Below, piece after piece: positions 1 through 9,667 of a DNA stretch of 64,000 nucleotides; positions within the stretch are counted from its first letter, which is position 1, and each line of letters opens with the position of its first letter. The stretch covers positions 1 to 64,000 of the IMG/VR virus record IMGVR_UViG_3300013947_000019; one strand, written 5' to 3'. Made by a program: the position numbers and the translations under genes. Source of the DNA: a virus (lineage: Duplodnaviria > Caudoviricetes). The notes under the pieces were generated by a model that saw nothing but the letters and a program-made list of their open reading frames with translations, was not told where the DNA came from and did not search any database.

Positions 1-510
1 CCCCATGATAATCACAGGAACATCCATATTATCATTCAGGAACTTAGCGATCATCGGAGATACACCGCCACCAGTACCACCATCAGCAGTAGTGGTAACC
101 AGAATATACTCCAGATTCTGTACCTGCTCTGCCAGCATAGCAATACCCTTCAGAAGCTGCTCTGCATATCCATTGGAGTTGCAGAAGACTTCCTTAGAGT
201 AACTCCGGACTTTACCGGAACCATCTTCTTCATCCGGGGCAATGACCATGTCTGGGTTAAGACGGGTCATACCACGAGTAGAAGTATTGTAGGCCACAAA
301 GAATGTATCAGGGCATACATTCTTAATAGCCTGGGCGATATTACAACCACCATCACCAGTACCCACTACGATAAAGTTGCGGGAAATCGTAGAATGAATA
401 CCAGAAGCAAAGGACATCGAAGACACTTTGTCATTCTTCGCACGATCGACAATCTTCTTCATATCCTCTTCAGTCAAATTGCTCAGATTCTTGCTCGGTT
501 CATTGCTCAT
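1..510 (-). CDS. Tubulin/FtsZ-family GTPase (PhuZ/TubZ-like), N-terminal 170 aa; runs off the window edge
   Basis: Manual translation from ATG at 510, preceded by AAGGAGG. Motifs: NFIVVGTGDGGCNIA (GxGxxGxN loop), EDGSGK, and TTADGGTGGGVSP (tubulin signature GGGTG[S/T]G variant). Not in the ORF track. Confidence 0.85.
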   Translation of the reverse strand, partial: MSNEPSKNLSNLTEEDMKKIVDRAKNDKVSSMSFASGIHSTISRNFIVVGTGDGGCNIAQAIKNVCPDTFFVAYNTSTRGMTRLNPDMVIAPDEEDGSGKVRSYSKEVFCNSNGYAEQLLKGIAMLAEQVQNLEYILVTTTADGGTGGGVSPMIAKFLNDNMDVPVIIMG

Positions 511-582
511 TATAAATTTCCTCCTTATTAGTTTACGCCTCATTGTTTACTACTTCCTACTGTTCATCTGTTCTACTTATTC

Positions 583-1347
583 TTATTTATAAGTAGAACG
601 ATATATGTCAACGCCGTCGGAAGAGGCGATCGACACAAGATTACGATAGTATGCTCCAGACGGATCACCAGAGTAATGATTGATCATCTTTTCCAGATTA
701 CCATTATACTCTTCTTTCATCCAGTCTAACAAGAATACCATCATCTCAATGGCAATATAAGGATCATATGCCATATCATGATCATATGTTCCTTTACCAT
801 TTCCCATCAGGTCTTCATAGACCCATTTACCAGAAGACTCAAGGAATCCACCTAGTCCTCTTGCATTTGTAGATGTGAGCATTACATTCTTATCGAAATA
901 AGACTCACAGGTGATAACTTCCCACAGCCAATGAGGATTAATATTATGCTCTTGGCACAGTTTATCACCATACACCATTACACCAACTGTGAACCCTCCA
1001 TTGGACTGTACCCGGGGAAACACATAGGTGTACTTGTTTAATACAGCAAATACACTAGCAGGATCTTCACTAACATCCACCATTTTATCAATAGCTTCAT
1101 CAAAATCCTGCATCTGCGACATGAGCTTAGCATCATACTCAGCAAGCTCACGGTTCTTTTCGACTAACTCATCGGAAAGAACACCAATCTCGTCTTGATA
1201 ACTACTACTAATCGTAGTATTGATACCAATGGCTAACGTTCCAACGACTATAGCACAGACGATTATCCCGGCCACCAATCCATGGATGATAGATTTACGA
1301 TTGACTCTATGAGTCTTGATTACATCCATGTACTTTAAGCTAGACAT
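583..1347 (-). CDS. Membrane-anchored lytic transglycosylase (SLT-like)
   Basis: N-terminal hydrophobic helix and coiled coil, then SLT-like motifs ITCES (catalytic Glu), ARGLGGF, YDPYIAI and INHYSG. Confidence 0.7.
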   Translation of the reverse strand: MSSLKYMDVIKTHRVNRKSIIHGLVAGIIVCAIVVGTLAIGINTTISSSYQDEIGVLSDELVEKNRELAEYDAKLMSQMQDFDEAIDKMVDVSEDPASVFAVLNKYTYVFPRVQSNGGFTVGVMVYGDKLCQEHNINPHWLWEVITCESYFDKNVMLTSTNARGLGGFLESSGKWVYEDLMGNGKGTYDHDMAYDPYIAIEMMVFLLDWMKEEYNGNLEKMINHYSGDPSGAYYRNLVSIASSDGVDIYRSTYK

Positions 1348-1383
1348 CTTTTCTTACCTACTTTCTTTGGTTTGTTTCATTGA

Positions 1384-1399
1384 TATAATATATATCTGA
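1384..1399 (-). promoter_or_regulatory. Phage early-like promoter motif (TCAGATATATATTATA)
   Basis: One of 9 intergenic copies of (G/A)ATATATA(T/C)TATA, all upstream of minus-strand gene starts. Confidence 0.7.
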
Positions 1400-1490
1400 A
1401 ATTATTTTATATAAAATAGGTAGCACCAGCCTGGTGTGGGATCCAAGCTGATGCTACTCTATATTAACTAGATAATGGGACGTGAAGAAC

Positions 1491-1649
1491 TTACTTCTGT
1501 TCTTCCTTCATATCTTCCTGATAGTTCTCGATATCGGAGTCCTGTACGGAATCCTGTCGACAACCGGGCATAGCAACTTCCGTCATAAAAGTCATGCCCT
1601 GTCCCTTCATCTGTTCAGCCATCTGGGCTGCAAGAGTATTTCTATCCAT
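1491..1649 (-). CDS. Small hypothetical protein, 52 aa (MDRNTLAAQMAEQMKGQG...)
   Basis: GAAAGGAG RBS, open frame, fills the gap after the RNAP subunit gene. Below the ORF-track cutoff. Confidence 0.7.
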   Translation of the reverse strand: MDRNTLAAQMAEQMKGQGMTFMTEVAMPGCRQDSVQDSDIENYQEDMKEEQK

Positions 1650-1668
1650 AATATTTGACTCCTTTCAT

Positions 1669-2412
1669 TTAGCGTTTAATTGTAGAAGATTTATCCTCGC
1701 GGGATTTCAATGTAATAGGCAGCAGATAACCAGTCTCATCAATCAGATTAGATGATATACCACTACCGAGAATAAAAGCATTGATCGTGTTCATTGTAAC
1801 TTTATTCAAAGGATCATTGGGAAGATCTTCCAAAGAAACTTCACCGTCTCGCAGAATCCGTTTCTGCATTTCAAAATAAGCAGCTTCATCATCTGCCATA
1901 GGGCCAAAGGCTTCCTGTGCGCATGCATAACATTCCTGTACCATCAGTGAATAAGCTTCAGGTTCAGTAACACGAGCCGTTTTATCATGGCCAGTAACCT
2001 GACCAGTCTTAGCATCACGCTTTGTATTTGTCAGAGATGTATGAGATTTCATAGCAACCATCTGCTTTAATCTCTTAATAGGAACATCCATAACTAATAC
2101 AGGATATACAGAAGCAGGAGGATTATTTACATCTCCTGTCACATAAGGCTTGTAAACAATTTCTCTAAGTTTTACATTATGTTTCTTTGCAAGTTTCTCT
2201 ACAAAAGAAACAGTTACTGGATTATTATATGCTTCATAACCAACCTGAATATATTTATCAGGATTCTTGAAGAACTCTTCAAAATACTGATAGAATTCTT
2301 TATCAGACATAGGCTGAAGATAAGAACGCAATCTTTCAGTATTCTTACCAGACGGATCGCAATCATCAAGGAAACTGAACAGTTCAGCTTCCAGATCTTT
2401 ACGGACAGACAT
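1669..2412 (-). CDS. Split multisubunit RNA polymerase, beta-subunit C-terminal fragment (probably virion RNAP)
   Basis: RLKQMV...RDAKTGQVTGHDKTARVTEPEAYSL matches the RpoB C-terminal KLxHMV...RSxxTQQPxxG...QRFGEMExWAL region. A short stand-alone fragment is typical of phiKZ-like phages. Confidence 0.75.
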   Translation of the reverse strand: MSVRKDLEAELFSFLDDCDPSGKNTERLRSYLQPMSDKEFYQYFEEFFKNPDKYIQVGYEAYNNPVTVSFVEKLAKKHNVKLREIVYKPYVTGDVNNPPASVYPVLVMDVPIKRLKQMVAMKSHTSLTNTKRDAKTGQVTGHDKTARVTEPEAYSLMVQECYACAQEAFGPMADDEAAYFEMQKRILRDGEVSLEDLPNDPLNKVTMNTINAFILGSGISSNLIDETGYLLPITLKSREDKSSTIKR

Positions 2413-2426
2413 TCACTGTTCCTCCC

Positions 2427-3572
2427 TTATTGGAATTTAGCCTCTTTGTTTAAGATAAAGTTAAAGAACATGTAGACCGATTTCTTATATCCCAGACGTG
2501 CAGTCTTACCATAATTCTGCCTACCAACGACAACAATGTTTTCATCTAACCATTTATCTAAACAAGCTTTAATAGCAAGCATCTGTTTATTATCACTATT
2601 AGAAGCATATGCTGCTTTCATATAGCTAATAAATTCACCACGACCAATATAGTCGAAAGTCTTACCTGATAGCAATAAGAAATATTCAACACAAGCGCTC
2701 AGATAAGTTTTTAAAGTACCTTCATCACTGTCAATGATATCATTAACAAGATTTGTTAACTTTTGAAGAGATGTATCAGATCTAGTAACAGAGTATTTCA
2801 AAAAGACTTTATCATATTGATGATTAATCAATTTAATATAAGTCTTAGTTACCAATCGACTGATAGCATATGAGTTATTATCCATTTCATGATAATCAGT
2901 CTCAGAGTAAGAATCATCATCCTCATTCAGATAATTACCAGATTTCCAATTGTTATAATAAGCATTAGAAATCTTACGTAACTTACCTTTTAAGCGATCC
3001 CATAATGCATTAATAACCCATGTGATATCATTATCTTGACATTTGATGATACGATCTTTATATGTATCAAATGTAGTGGATGCGTTATTGTCTAGCCACT
3101 GGAGAAGAGAAGACATCTGACGAATCAAGAAAGAGTTGTCCAGATGTGCAATTGTGTAGTTCATAATCTTGGGGTTATTCTTATACTTATAGAAACCCCT
3201 ATGTAAAGAAGTATACATATTTAGAGACATGTATACCATAATCTTCTTAGCTTCAGTTTCTTTCTTCTGCTTTAATAATGTACACATTGTCAGTATACAT
3301 GCACAGTAGAAAGGATTAGATTTGATCTGATTTACTTTAGGAATATCTTTTGCTTCCTGTATTTCTGCAATCATTCGTTCTTCTGATACACCGATATTAT
3401 CATAAAGAAGTCTACGATCAGCATCACCAAAAGAATATCGATCAGATAAATTCAGTGTCATTAAAATAGCTGAATTCTTATCAATATATAAACCAATACC
3501 TTTTGTGATATTAGAAAGAGCTTTAGACGTAAGAGCAGTATCAATCGTAGATCCTAAACGTTCACGAAGCAT
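2427..3572 (-). CDS. Hypothetical protein, 381 aa, co-oriented with the RNAP fragment
   Basis: Long ORF with GAGGTG RBS and an upstream late-like promoter; no motif recognised. Confidence 0.8.
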   Translation of the reverse strand: MLRERLGSTIDTALTSKALSNITKGIGLYIDKNSAILMTLNLSDRYSFGDADRRLLYDNIGVSEERMIAEIQEAKDIPKVNQIKSNPFYCACILTMCTLLKQKKETEAKKIMVYMSLNMYTSLHRGFYKYKNNPKIMNYTIAHLDNSFLIRQMSSLLQWLDNNASTTFDTYKDRIIKCQDNDITWVINALWDRLKGKLRKISNAYYNNWKSGNYLNEDDDSYSETDYHEMDNNSYAISRLVTKTYIKLINHQYDKVFLKYSVTRSDTSLQKLTNLVNDIIDSDEGTLKTYLSACVEYFLLLSGKTFDYIGRGEFISYMKAAYASNSDNKQMLAIKACLDKWLDENIVVVGRQNYGKTARLGYKKSVYMFFNFILNKEAKFQ

Positions 3573-3606
3573 CTAAAAATCACCTCGTTTCCCATATTAC
3601 CTTAAT

Positions 3607-3620
3607 ATTATAGGTTTGTT
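3607..3620 (-). promoter_or_regulatory. Late-like promoter AACA-AACC-TATAAT
   Basis: Recurrent AACA-N4-TAT motif upstream of virion/RNAP genes. Confidence 0.6.
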
Positions 3621-3650
3621 CACGGAAAACTCAATTAATAATAGAAAAAA

Positions 3651-3690
3651 AAAAGAACGAGACCCGAAGGCCCCGTTCTTTTTCATTTTT
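3651..3690 (-). terminator. Intrinsic terminator (UUCG-loop hairpin with U tract)
   Basis: AAGAACGGGGCC-TTCG-GGTCTCGTTCTTTTTTTT on the minus strand. Confidence 0.8.
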
Positions 3691-3772
3691 GTTAGATACA
3701 GATGATCTCGTGATCGATATCACCAATAGTATCTACATTGATATCATAATACATTTAAATCTGACCTTTACA

Positions 3773-4051
3773 TTAGAGTCCTCTCAGTGCCATACGAAGT
3801 ACAGGTAACCGATCAGCATTGATCTTACCACCATTCGGGAAACCCATTCTAGAAATAACATTCGCATATTGCGACTCTTTCACTTTCGGAAGATTGTATT
3901 TCTTCAAGAATGATTTGATTTCCTTGAACTGCTGTGTAGGATGAGGAAGGTATATGTACCTTGGCTCATGATACTCAGACTGTTGTACTTCGGTTTCCAC
4001 CTGGTCAGTAGGTGGAATCTGAGAGTTTCTCTTAGAGTTATTGAGGATCAT
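3773..4051 (-). CDS. Hypothetical protein
   Basis: ORF with AAGGAGGTG RBS; start overlaps the upstream stop. Confidence 0.7.
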   Translation of the reverse strand: MILNNSKRNSQIPPTDQVETEVQQSEYHEPRYIYLPHPTQQFKEIKSFLKKYNLPKVKESQYANVISRMGFPNGGKINADRLPVLRMALRGL

Positions 4052-4446
4052 TAGTAATAAATCACCTCCTTCTCTAAGAGTCCATGGAGAGTTTTAGCCA
4101 GAATATGATAGTTCAGATGTGAAACTAATTTCTTAGCTTCAATTACTGTATAAGTCGGAAGCTCTCCATCTACCAATCTATCATGTTCTTTATAATACTC
4201 CTTCAGCATATCAAGCATGCGCTTACACATTTTGCTGAATTTTGCATTAAAAGGAAACCATTTGGATGTCATGACCTGATTCTTTCTTTTACCTTCGTAA
4301 ATAAAGAATCTGACACCTCTTAAATCCTCATTGATTTGAACACCGAGCTGTTTCCCATCCAAGTTAATGAATGATTTCAGCTGAGGACGCGGTTCCACAC
4401 TATGACATAGAATTTTTATGTCATATAAAGCCACCCTTAGTTTCAC
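4051..4446 (-). CDS. Hypothetical protein
   Basis: ORF directly downstream of an early-like promoter (4460-4475) and GAAAGGAG. Confidence 0.7.
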   Translation of the reverse strand: MKLRVALYDIKILCHSVEPRPQLKSFINLDGKQLGVQINEDLRGVRFFIYEGKRKNQVMTSKWFPFNAKFSKMCKRMLDMLKEYYKEHDRLVDGELPTYTVIEAKKLVSHLNYHILAKTLHGLLEKEVIYY

Positions 4447-4459
4447 TCCTTTCTATATG

Positions 4460-4475
4460 TATAATATATATCCGA
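4460..4475 (-). promoter_or_regulatory. Early-like promoter motif
   Basis: TCGGATATATATTATA, lying just after a UUCG terminator hairpin (4496-4523). Confidence 0.7.
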
Positions 4476-4532
4476 GAACTTTTGTGTTTCCGGAAAGAAA
4501 GGAGAGACCCGAAGGTCCCTCCAATCTTAAAG

Positions 4533-7106
4533 TTACTTGGAGATGTCGATCTGATAATACTCATTTCGTCCTCTCTTAATAGCTTTTACAGGAGTGCTGA
4601 TCGAAGTACCAATACGGAACTTGGTTGTACAAGTACCATCCGACTGGATAAACTTAACCATATTACCAACCTCAATATTGAAAGGCTCAGAACCTAACTC
4701 ATCTCGATAAATATATGGCATATGCTGAGGATCAATCGGAATAGCACCCATAATCTCTTTCCCATTCAAATCAATAAATGCAGCTTTACGTTTATTAAAC
4801 TTGAGTACTCGAGCATCAACAACTTTCACATAACCAAATTCACCATAGATCATAATATAATCAGCAGGACCATTCATTAAGAAAGCATGCTGGATTGTAC
4901 CAGGATCCAATTTGATAATTCGATTACCAAGAGCCTGACGTTTCAGTACTGGGAAATCTTCCAGTTTCGTATAATACATACGATCATTAGCAGCCATAAC
5001 TACTAGACCATCTTTCTTACCATAGATAGGAACCACACCAGCAAGCTTATCATCTGCAGGAAGGTTAATGATCTTAGACTTTGTAGATTTCAATACATCA
5101 TCCATTTCAATCATCTTACTATAACCAGCAGAAGTGATCAGTGCCAAGTGTGTAAGTTCTTTTCTAATAGGAACAAATCCAACCACATGCGGGAATGCAA
5201 TCTGTTCAAAAGAAATGGTAGCAGTTGTTGCATTAAAGGCAAACCCATCCAAGAGCTTAATCATACCATTATCACTGATGAGAAGAATCTTATCTGTATT
5301 CTTCACTTCAACCATTCTGGTTGTCTTATCCAGTCTGCCTCTAAGTGCTTTCTGATCATCATCAGAAGTTGCAGTCATATAACCCTCAGAGTTCCAATAA
5401 ATTCTCTTAGAACTACTGGGATCACCTACAGGAGTATCACCAGAGAGATCCAATAATCTCGCAAGTCTGGTTTTACTATACTTCTTAAGACCATCTTTCA
5501 GATCATCTCGAATAGACTCTTTAACGGCAGTTTCATCAGAGAGAATCTTCCGATAATGCTTATATTCAGCAATTGCATTGTCACGTTTCATTTTCATATC
5601 ATCGATATTAACTCGATTCAATGTACGAAGCTGAAGACGAATAACAATTGCTGCTTGGAATTCATTGAACCCAAACTCTTTGATCAAAGCTTTGATAGTC
5701 TCTGCATCATCCTTGGACTTTTTGATAATAGCAATAGCTTTATCAATATTACCAGATTCCAATAAGATACAACAGGCTTCATATTCAGCTCGATCGCGTG
5801 CTGCTTTCAATGCTTGCTGATGGAAATACCGACGCTTCTGATCATATCTTTGAGTAATCCAGATATTCAGAGCTTCTCTTGGAGTATACTCAAAAGGTTG
5901 ATAGTCAGTGATCATCGTATAACGAACACCAACTGTAATACCAAGACTGGTAGATCTGAATAGCTTCTCAGCTAATGCGTTTGGATCATAACCCTTCTCA
6001 TACTCCACAATGAATTCAATGCCGCCAGGAGTACGATCACTCACTGACGTTTCAGTATTGATCACCTCAGGAAGTCTTTGCTGCGCCTTTGGTTTCTTCA
6101 TGTCGTCTTCTTTGATCTTGATAATCTCATTTTTAACGACTTCACCAGTGACATTAATGGGCAAAGAAGTAAACACAACAGTATACTTATCAACGATCTT
6201 ACCACGCTCATCGCGTTTCTTATCAGCTACGATCTTATACTGTCCACGCATCTTCACACCGAATGTCTTCTGGTCGAAACAGTGCTTCAAATCTTTCTTA
6301 TTAATGATGTCTACTGGAACTGGAGTATCAGGATATATCTCCACTTTACAATTCGGGTTGTCCAACATCTTCAATGCAGTATTGAAGACATCTGTAGGAT
6401 TGAAAGCACAGATCCAAGATGATGCACCTTTACCAATTCCTAAATTCCATTGCATCAATGCATTAGGATATCTGGTAGTCAGAAAGATTGGTTCTTGCTC
6501 ACTGTACTTATAATTATCCTTCGTATCAAAGATTGGATATTTAGCTCCCATCTCAGAGAAGAAACAATCCATAGCATAGTCGGACAAACTTGCCGAAGCG
6601 TAACGAGGAGATGCCGGACGCATTGTATCGAGGTTACCAAAGTTACCACCAGGTTTGATATACGGAATCATCATTGATTTAGATCGCCCAAGTCGATATA
6701 GTGTATCATTTACAGACATATCACCATGAGGATGAAACCGTGCAACAACAGTACCTGAAATAGATGCAACCTTATCAAACTTATTACCATATACTTTAGT
6801 CATATACATAGCATACAGAATACGACGTTCAACAGGTTTTAATGCATCAATAGAATTCGGAATATTTCTGCCGACATTTACATTCAAAGAATGGTTAATA
6901 CCTTTTGTATAAGTATAGTCACCAAGTCCAACCTCAGACATATTGGCGACATTATCAGTACCAAATTCGTCAGTAAACTTATCTAACAAATCATTCGAAT
7001 CCTTAGGTAACTTTGCTTTCTTGGTTTTCTTCTTTTGAAGCCATTGATCATACCGTCCACCAGGAATTGGTTTCAGTGTAATGAATTCAGGTTTCTTCTT
7101 AGCCAT
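4533..7106 (-). CDS. gyrA: Type IIA DNA topoisomerase subunit A (GyrA/ParC-like)
   Basis: DALKPVERRILYAM, FHPHGD, GNFG, PASPRYA (catalytic Tyr), GIGKG and a C-terminal beta-pinwheel-like region. Confidence 0.93.
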   Translation of the reverse strand: MAKKKPEFITLKPIPGGRYDQWLQKKKTKKAKLPKDSNDLLDKFTDEFGTDNVANMSEVGLGDYTYTKGINHSLNVNVGRNIPNSIDALKPVERRILYAMYMTKVYGNKFDKVASISGTVVARFHPHGDMSVNDTLYRLGRSKSMMIPYIKPGGNFGNLDTMRPASPRYASASLSDYAMDCFFSEMGAKYPIFDTKDNYKYSEQEPIFLTTRYPNALMQWNLGIGKGASSWICAFNPTDVFNTALKMLDNPNCKVEIYPDTPVPVDIINKKDLKHCFDQKTFGVKMRGQYKIVADKKRDERGKIVDKYTVVFTSLPINVTGEVVKNEIIKIKEDDMKKPKAQQRLPEVINTETSVSDRTPGGIEFIVEYEKGYDPNALAEKLFRSTSLGITVGVRYTMITDYQPFEYTPREALNIWITQRYDQKRRYFHQQALKAARDRAEYEACCILLESGNIDKAIAIIKKSKDDAETIKALIKEFGFNEFQAAIVIRLQLRTLNRVNIDDMKMKRDNAIAEYKHYRKILSDETAVKESIRDDLKDGLKKYSKTRLARLLDLSGDTPVGDPSSSKRIYWNSEGYMTATSDDDQKALRGRLDKTTRMVEVKNTDKILLISDNGMIKLLDGFAFNATTATISFEQIAFPHVVGFVPIRKELTHLALITSAGYSKMIEMDDVLKSTKSKIINLPADDKLAGVVPIYGKKDGLVVMAANDRMYYTKLEDFPVLKRQALGNRIIKLDPGTIQHAFLMNGPADYIMIYGEFGYVKVVDARVLKFNKRKAAFIDLNGKEIMGAIPIDPQHMPYIYRDELGSEPFNIEVGNMVKFIQSDGTCTTKFRIGTSISTPVKAIKRGRNEYYQIDISK

Positions 7107-7473
7107 TGGACTTCTTCTCTTTCTTTTTCAGATTGTAGGCATTACGAAGTTTAGCAAGGAAAGCAATAACTGATGGGAAACATGAATAATCAAGCATCGA
7201 CAGCGTAATCTCTTCTCCACAATGATCACAATGAATAAGAGGAGTAGCTGCCGAAAGAAGTTGATTATTGGACAATGGAGAATCGATCCTTAACCGAAGA
7301 TCATCTTTGCCTACTGTATTACTTTGTCCGCAGTGTGGGCATTTTTTAAATGCTTCTTCACCTTCCAAGAAAGTTTTATAGATTTTAATCTCATTGGGAT
7401 CTCTGAGCTCGATCGTAACTGAAATTAATTTACCATCAATCACATTACGACCTTTTATACCAACATCCACCAT
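7099..7473 (-). CDS. Zinc-ribbon protein
   Basis: CPHC...CDHC. Confidence 0.7.
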   Translation of the reverse strand: MVDVGIKGRNVIDGKLISVTIELRDPNEIKIYKTFLEGEEAFKKCPHCGQSNTVGKDDLRLRIDSPLSNNQLLSAATPLIHCDHCGEEITLSMLDYSCFPSVIAFLAKLRNAYNLKKKEKKSNG

Positions 7474-7476
7474 GAT

Positions 7477-9219
7477 TTATTCCTCCTTGGTATCGACATC
7501 AGTCATAAAGTAACCATTCTTTTCATTAACAATATCTTCCAGGTTGACGGAATCATCGTCACCATCCTCGTCATCGTCATCATCTTCATCAAAACCAAAG
7601 AGTAAATCCTCCTCAGTATCAAACTTCTCAAAAGACTCTACTGGAAGATTATTATACCATTCAGCAAAATGAGGATCCAGATATGCATCAGTATCACACA
7701 TATCATCACCAAGATCGGTTAATACAGCGCCATATGCATAACTAGAATACAGGCTGTACAGGTCGTTCATAATAGCCTCATTGGGATTGAATGCATCAGG
7801 GCTATTCAGACACCAACCCTCAGCAAAACCAATGGCCATAAACATTGTATTCAGATCAATCTCACTCTGAATACGATCCTCAACTGCATCAAAGAGCTGC
7901 TCTTCACGAACTGCACGAGAAGCATTGCGAAGATCGATACCCTTAACAGATTCAACCTCTTCAATAGTTAACTCACTGAAGTCAAAGACCTGATTAAAAT
8001 AGCACTTACTGGTCTCTCGGTTGTAGATACCAATAGTGACTCTACCATCCAGTGGAGTATTGGGCTTCTTGGCATTCACCTTGAACGGACTCATAGACAG
8101 CATAATATTGCAGGTAGTCTGCAGAGGAGCAACAAGACCAGGAACCAGATTTACATCAAGATAGTTCAGCTTATTCCGAAGCATATGATTATTCATATTA
8201 TTCATAAGCTGAGAGGTAATCGCCATGCTGATCAGATCCTTGTAGAGCTGTGCATATTCACTGCCGGTATCATCGCACATACACTCACAATTATCACAGT
8301 CACAGCGCTCTTCAGACTCAGTCTCATCTTCGTCTTCATTGGTTTCATCTTCTACCGGCTCATGAATATCATCCTCGGGTTCCGGCTCACGGTCAGGATC
8401 AGACTGCTCGTCCTGGATATCATTATTAGTATCTTCCTGCTCAAGATTTCTGATAGTATGCTCTATATCTTCTGCATTCAGGAAAGAATTAATCTTATCC
8501 ATCAGATCATCAGTAGTAGATGCAGCATCCTTACGAAAATTCTTGACACATTCAGTAACCTGTTTGATGATATTATCTACATTCTTAGGATTCTTAATAG
8601 TGATAATCTTCACACCATCATCATCCTTAGCAGAGACAGTGGTTGTATTATCATCCGTATCCTCAGCAGGAACATAAGCACCATACAAGTCATCGATATC
8701 AATGCCCATAGACTTACGCTCATCGAGAATCTCATCAAAGGCAGCAATAAACTCAGGAGCATACTTATCAGCAAACTTCCAAGCACTCACCAGAGAATTA
8801 TAGATATCAGTAGCGGTTTCTCTGATCCATTTGGTAAACCGCTTGGTATACAGTCCACTATCACTTACGGTGATCTTGTGGTGACAATACCCATCCATGC
8901 TGACACCCATATGCTCAATCGCATCGTTGTAGTACATGATATCAAATGTATAGATAACAGTATTCACAGGATACGTACGAGTAGTGACATCGATCTGGAT
9001 AAAATCGATCGGGCAGGTCAGCACATTCGTAGTATATGTGTTAACGAACTTTGACTCACGACCGACGGTACGTTCACAATGCTTATTATCCATAGTATGC
9101 TGAATAATATCTACAAGAGTTTTGTCATCAAATGACAGCATCTTGATAATCTTATCAGTATGACCATCCAGTACCATCTTCCGGAAATCATTCACCAGAA
9201 TACCTTCATTTCTTGCCAT
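7477..9219 (-). CDS. Acidic hypothetical protein, 580 aa
   Basis: Long ORF with GAGGAGG RBS, D/E-rich linker and tail, and a small CDCDNCEC cluster. Confidence 0.8.
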   Translation of the reverse strand: MARNEGILVNDFRKMVLDGHTDKIIKMLSFDDKTLVDIIQHTMDNKHCERTVGRESKFVNTYTTNVLTCPIDFIQIDVTTRTYPVNTVIYTFDIMYYNDAIEHMGVSMDGYCHHKITVSDSGLYTKRFTKWIRETATDIYNSLVSAWKFADKYAPEFIAAFDEILDERKSMGIDIDDLYGAYVPAEDTDDNTTTVSAKDDDGVKIITIKNPKNVDNIIKQVTECVKNFRKDAASTTDDLMDKINSFLNAEDIEHTIRNLEQEDTNNDIQDEQSDPDREPEPEDDIHEPVEDETNEDEDETESEERCDCDNCECMCDDTGSEYAQLYKDLISMAITSQLMNNMNNHMLRNKLNYLDVNLVPGLVAPLQTTCNIMLSMSPFKVNAKKPNTPLDGRVTIGIYNRETSKCYFNQVFDFSELTIEEVESVKGIDLRNASRAVREEQLFDAVEDRIQSEIDLNTMFMAIGFAEGWCLNSPDAFNPNEAIMNDLYSLYSSYAYGAVLTDLGDDMCDTDAYLDPHFAEWYNNLPVESFEKFDTEEDLLFGFDEDDDDDEDGDDDSVNLEDIVNEKNGYFMTDVDTKEE

Positions 9220-9239
9220 GTCTTTTGTCCTCCTCTAAA

Positions 9240-9563
9240 TTATTTAATATTTGTACGAGTTACCTTACCTTCAACGATCATACCATCTTCCAGTTCACGA
9301 CGACATTCAATGATACGACCCTGCTTATCACGTTTCAGATAAAACTCTCGATTATTGAAAATATCAATATTCAGGGTATTATCATCTGCCCAGAAGCGAT
9401 CAATCTGGTCAACAATACCACTCATATTATACCCATCGCGTGCCAACCATCCAGACATCATATTGCAGATATCATCAGATGCATCTTTCTGGGTATCATA
9501 AATAGTAGTCAATGTGATTTGACCATTTACCTTATGGATAGCTTTATATTTAGTTGTAGCCAT
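9240..9563 (-). CDS. Hypothetical protein (start revised to MATTKY)
   Basis: AAAGGAGG precedes ATG at 9563; early-like promoter at 9649-9664. Confidence 0.7.
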   Translation of the reverse strand: MATTKYKAIHKVNGQITLTTIYDTQKDASDDICNMMSGWLARDGYNMSGIVDQIDRFWADDNTLNIDIFNNREFYLKRDKQGRIIECRRELEDGMIVEGKVTRTNIK

Positions 9564-9648
9564 AGTAAGCCTCCTTTTGTAAAGTTGTTTTACCATTCTT
9601 CTTTTTATACTATAGTAGTGATACAGCCTCCTTTAACCATACCACTAC

Positions 9649-9664
9649 TATAGTATATATTTGA
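9649..9664 (-). promoter_or_regulatory. Early-like promoter motif
   Basis: TCAAATATATACTATA immediately after the gyrB stop. Confidence 0.65.
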
Positions 9665-9667
9665 TGC

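Noticed and set aside
2427-3572. Possible sigma-like RNAP specificity subunit or chimallin
   Set aside because: Only its position next to an RNAP fragment suggests it; no recognisable motif. Needs HHpred or Foldseek.
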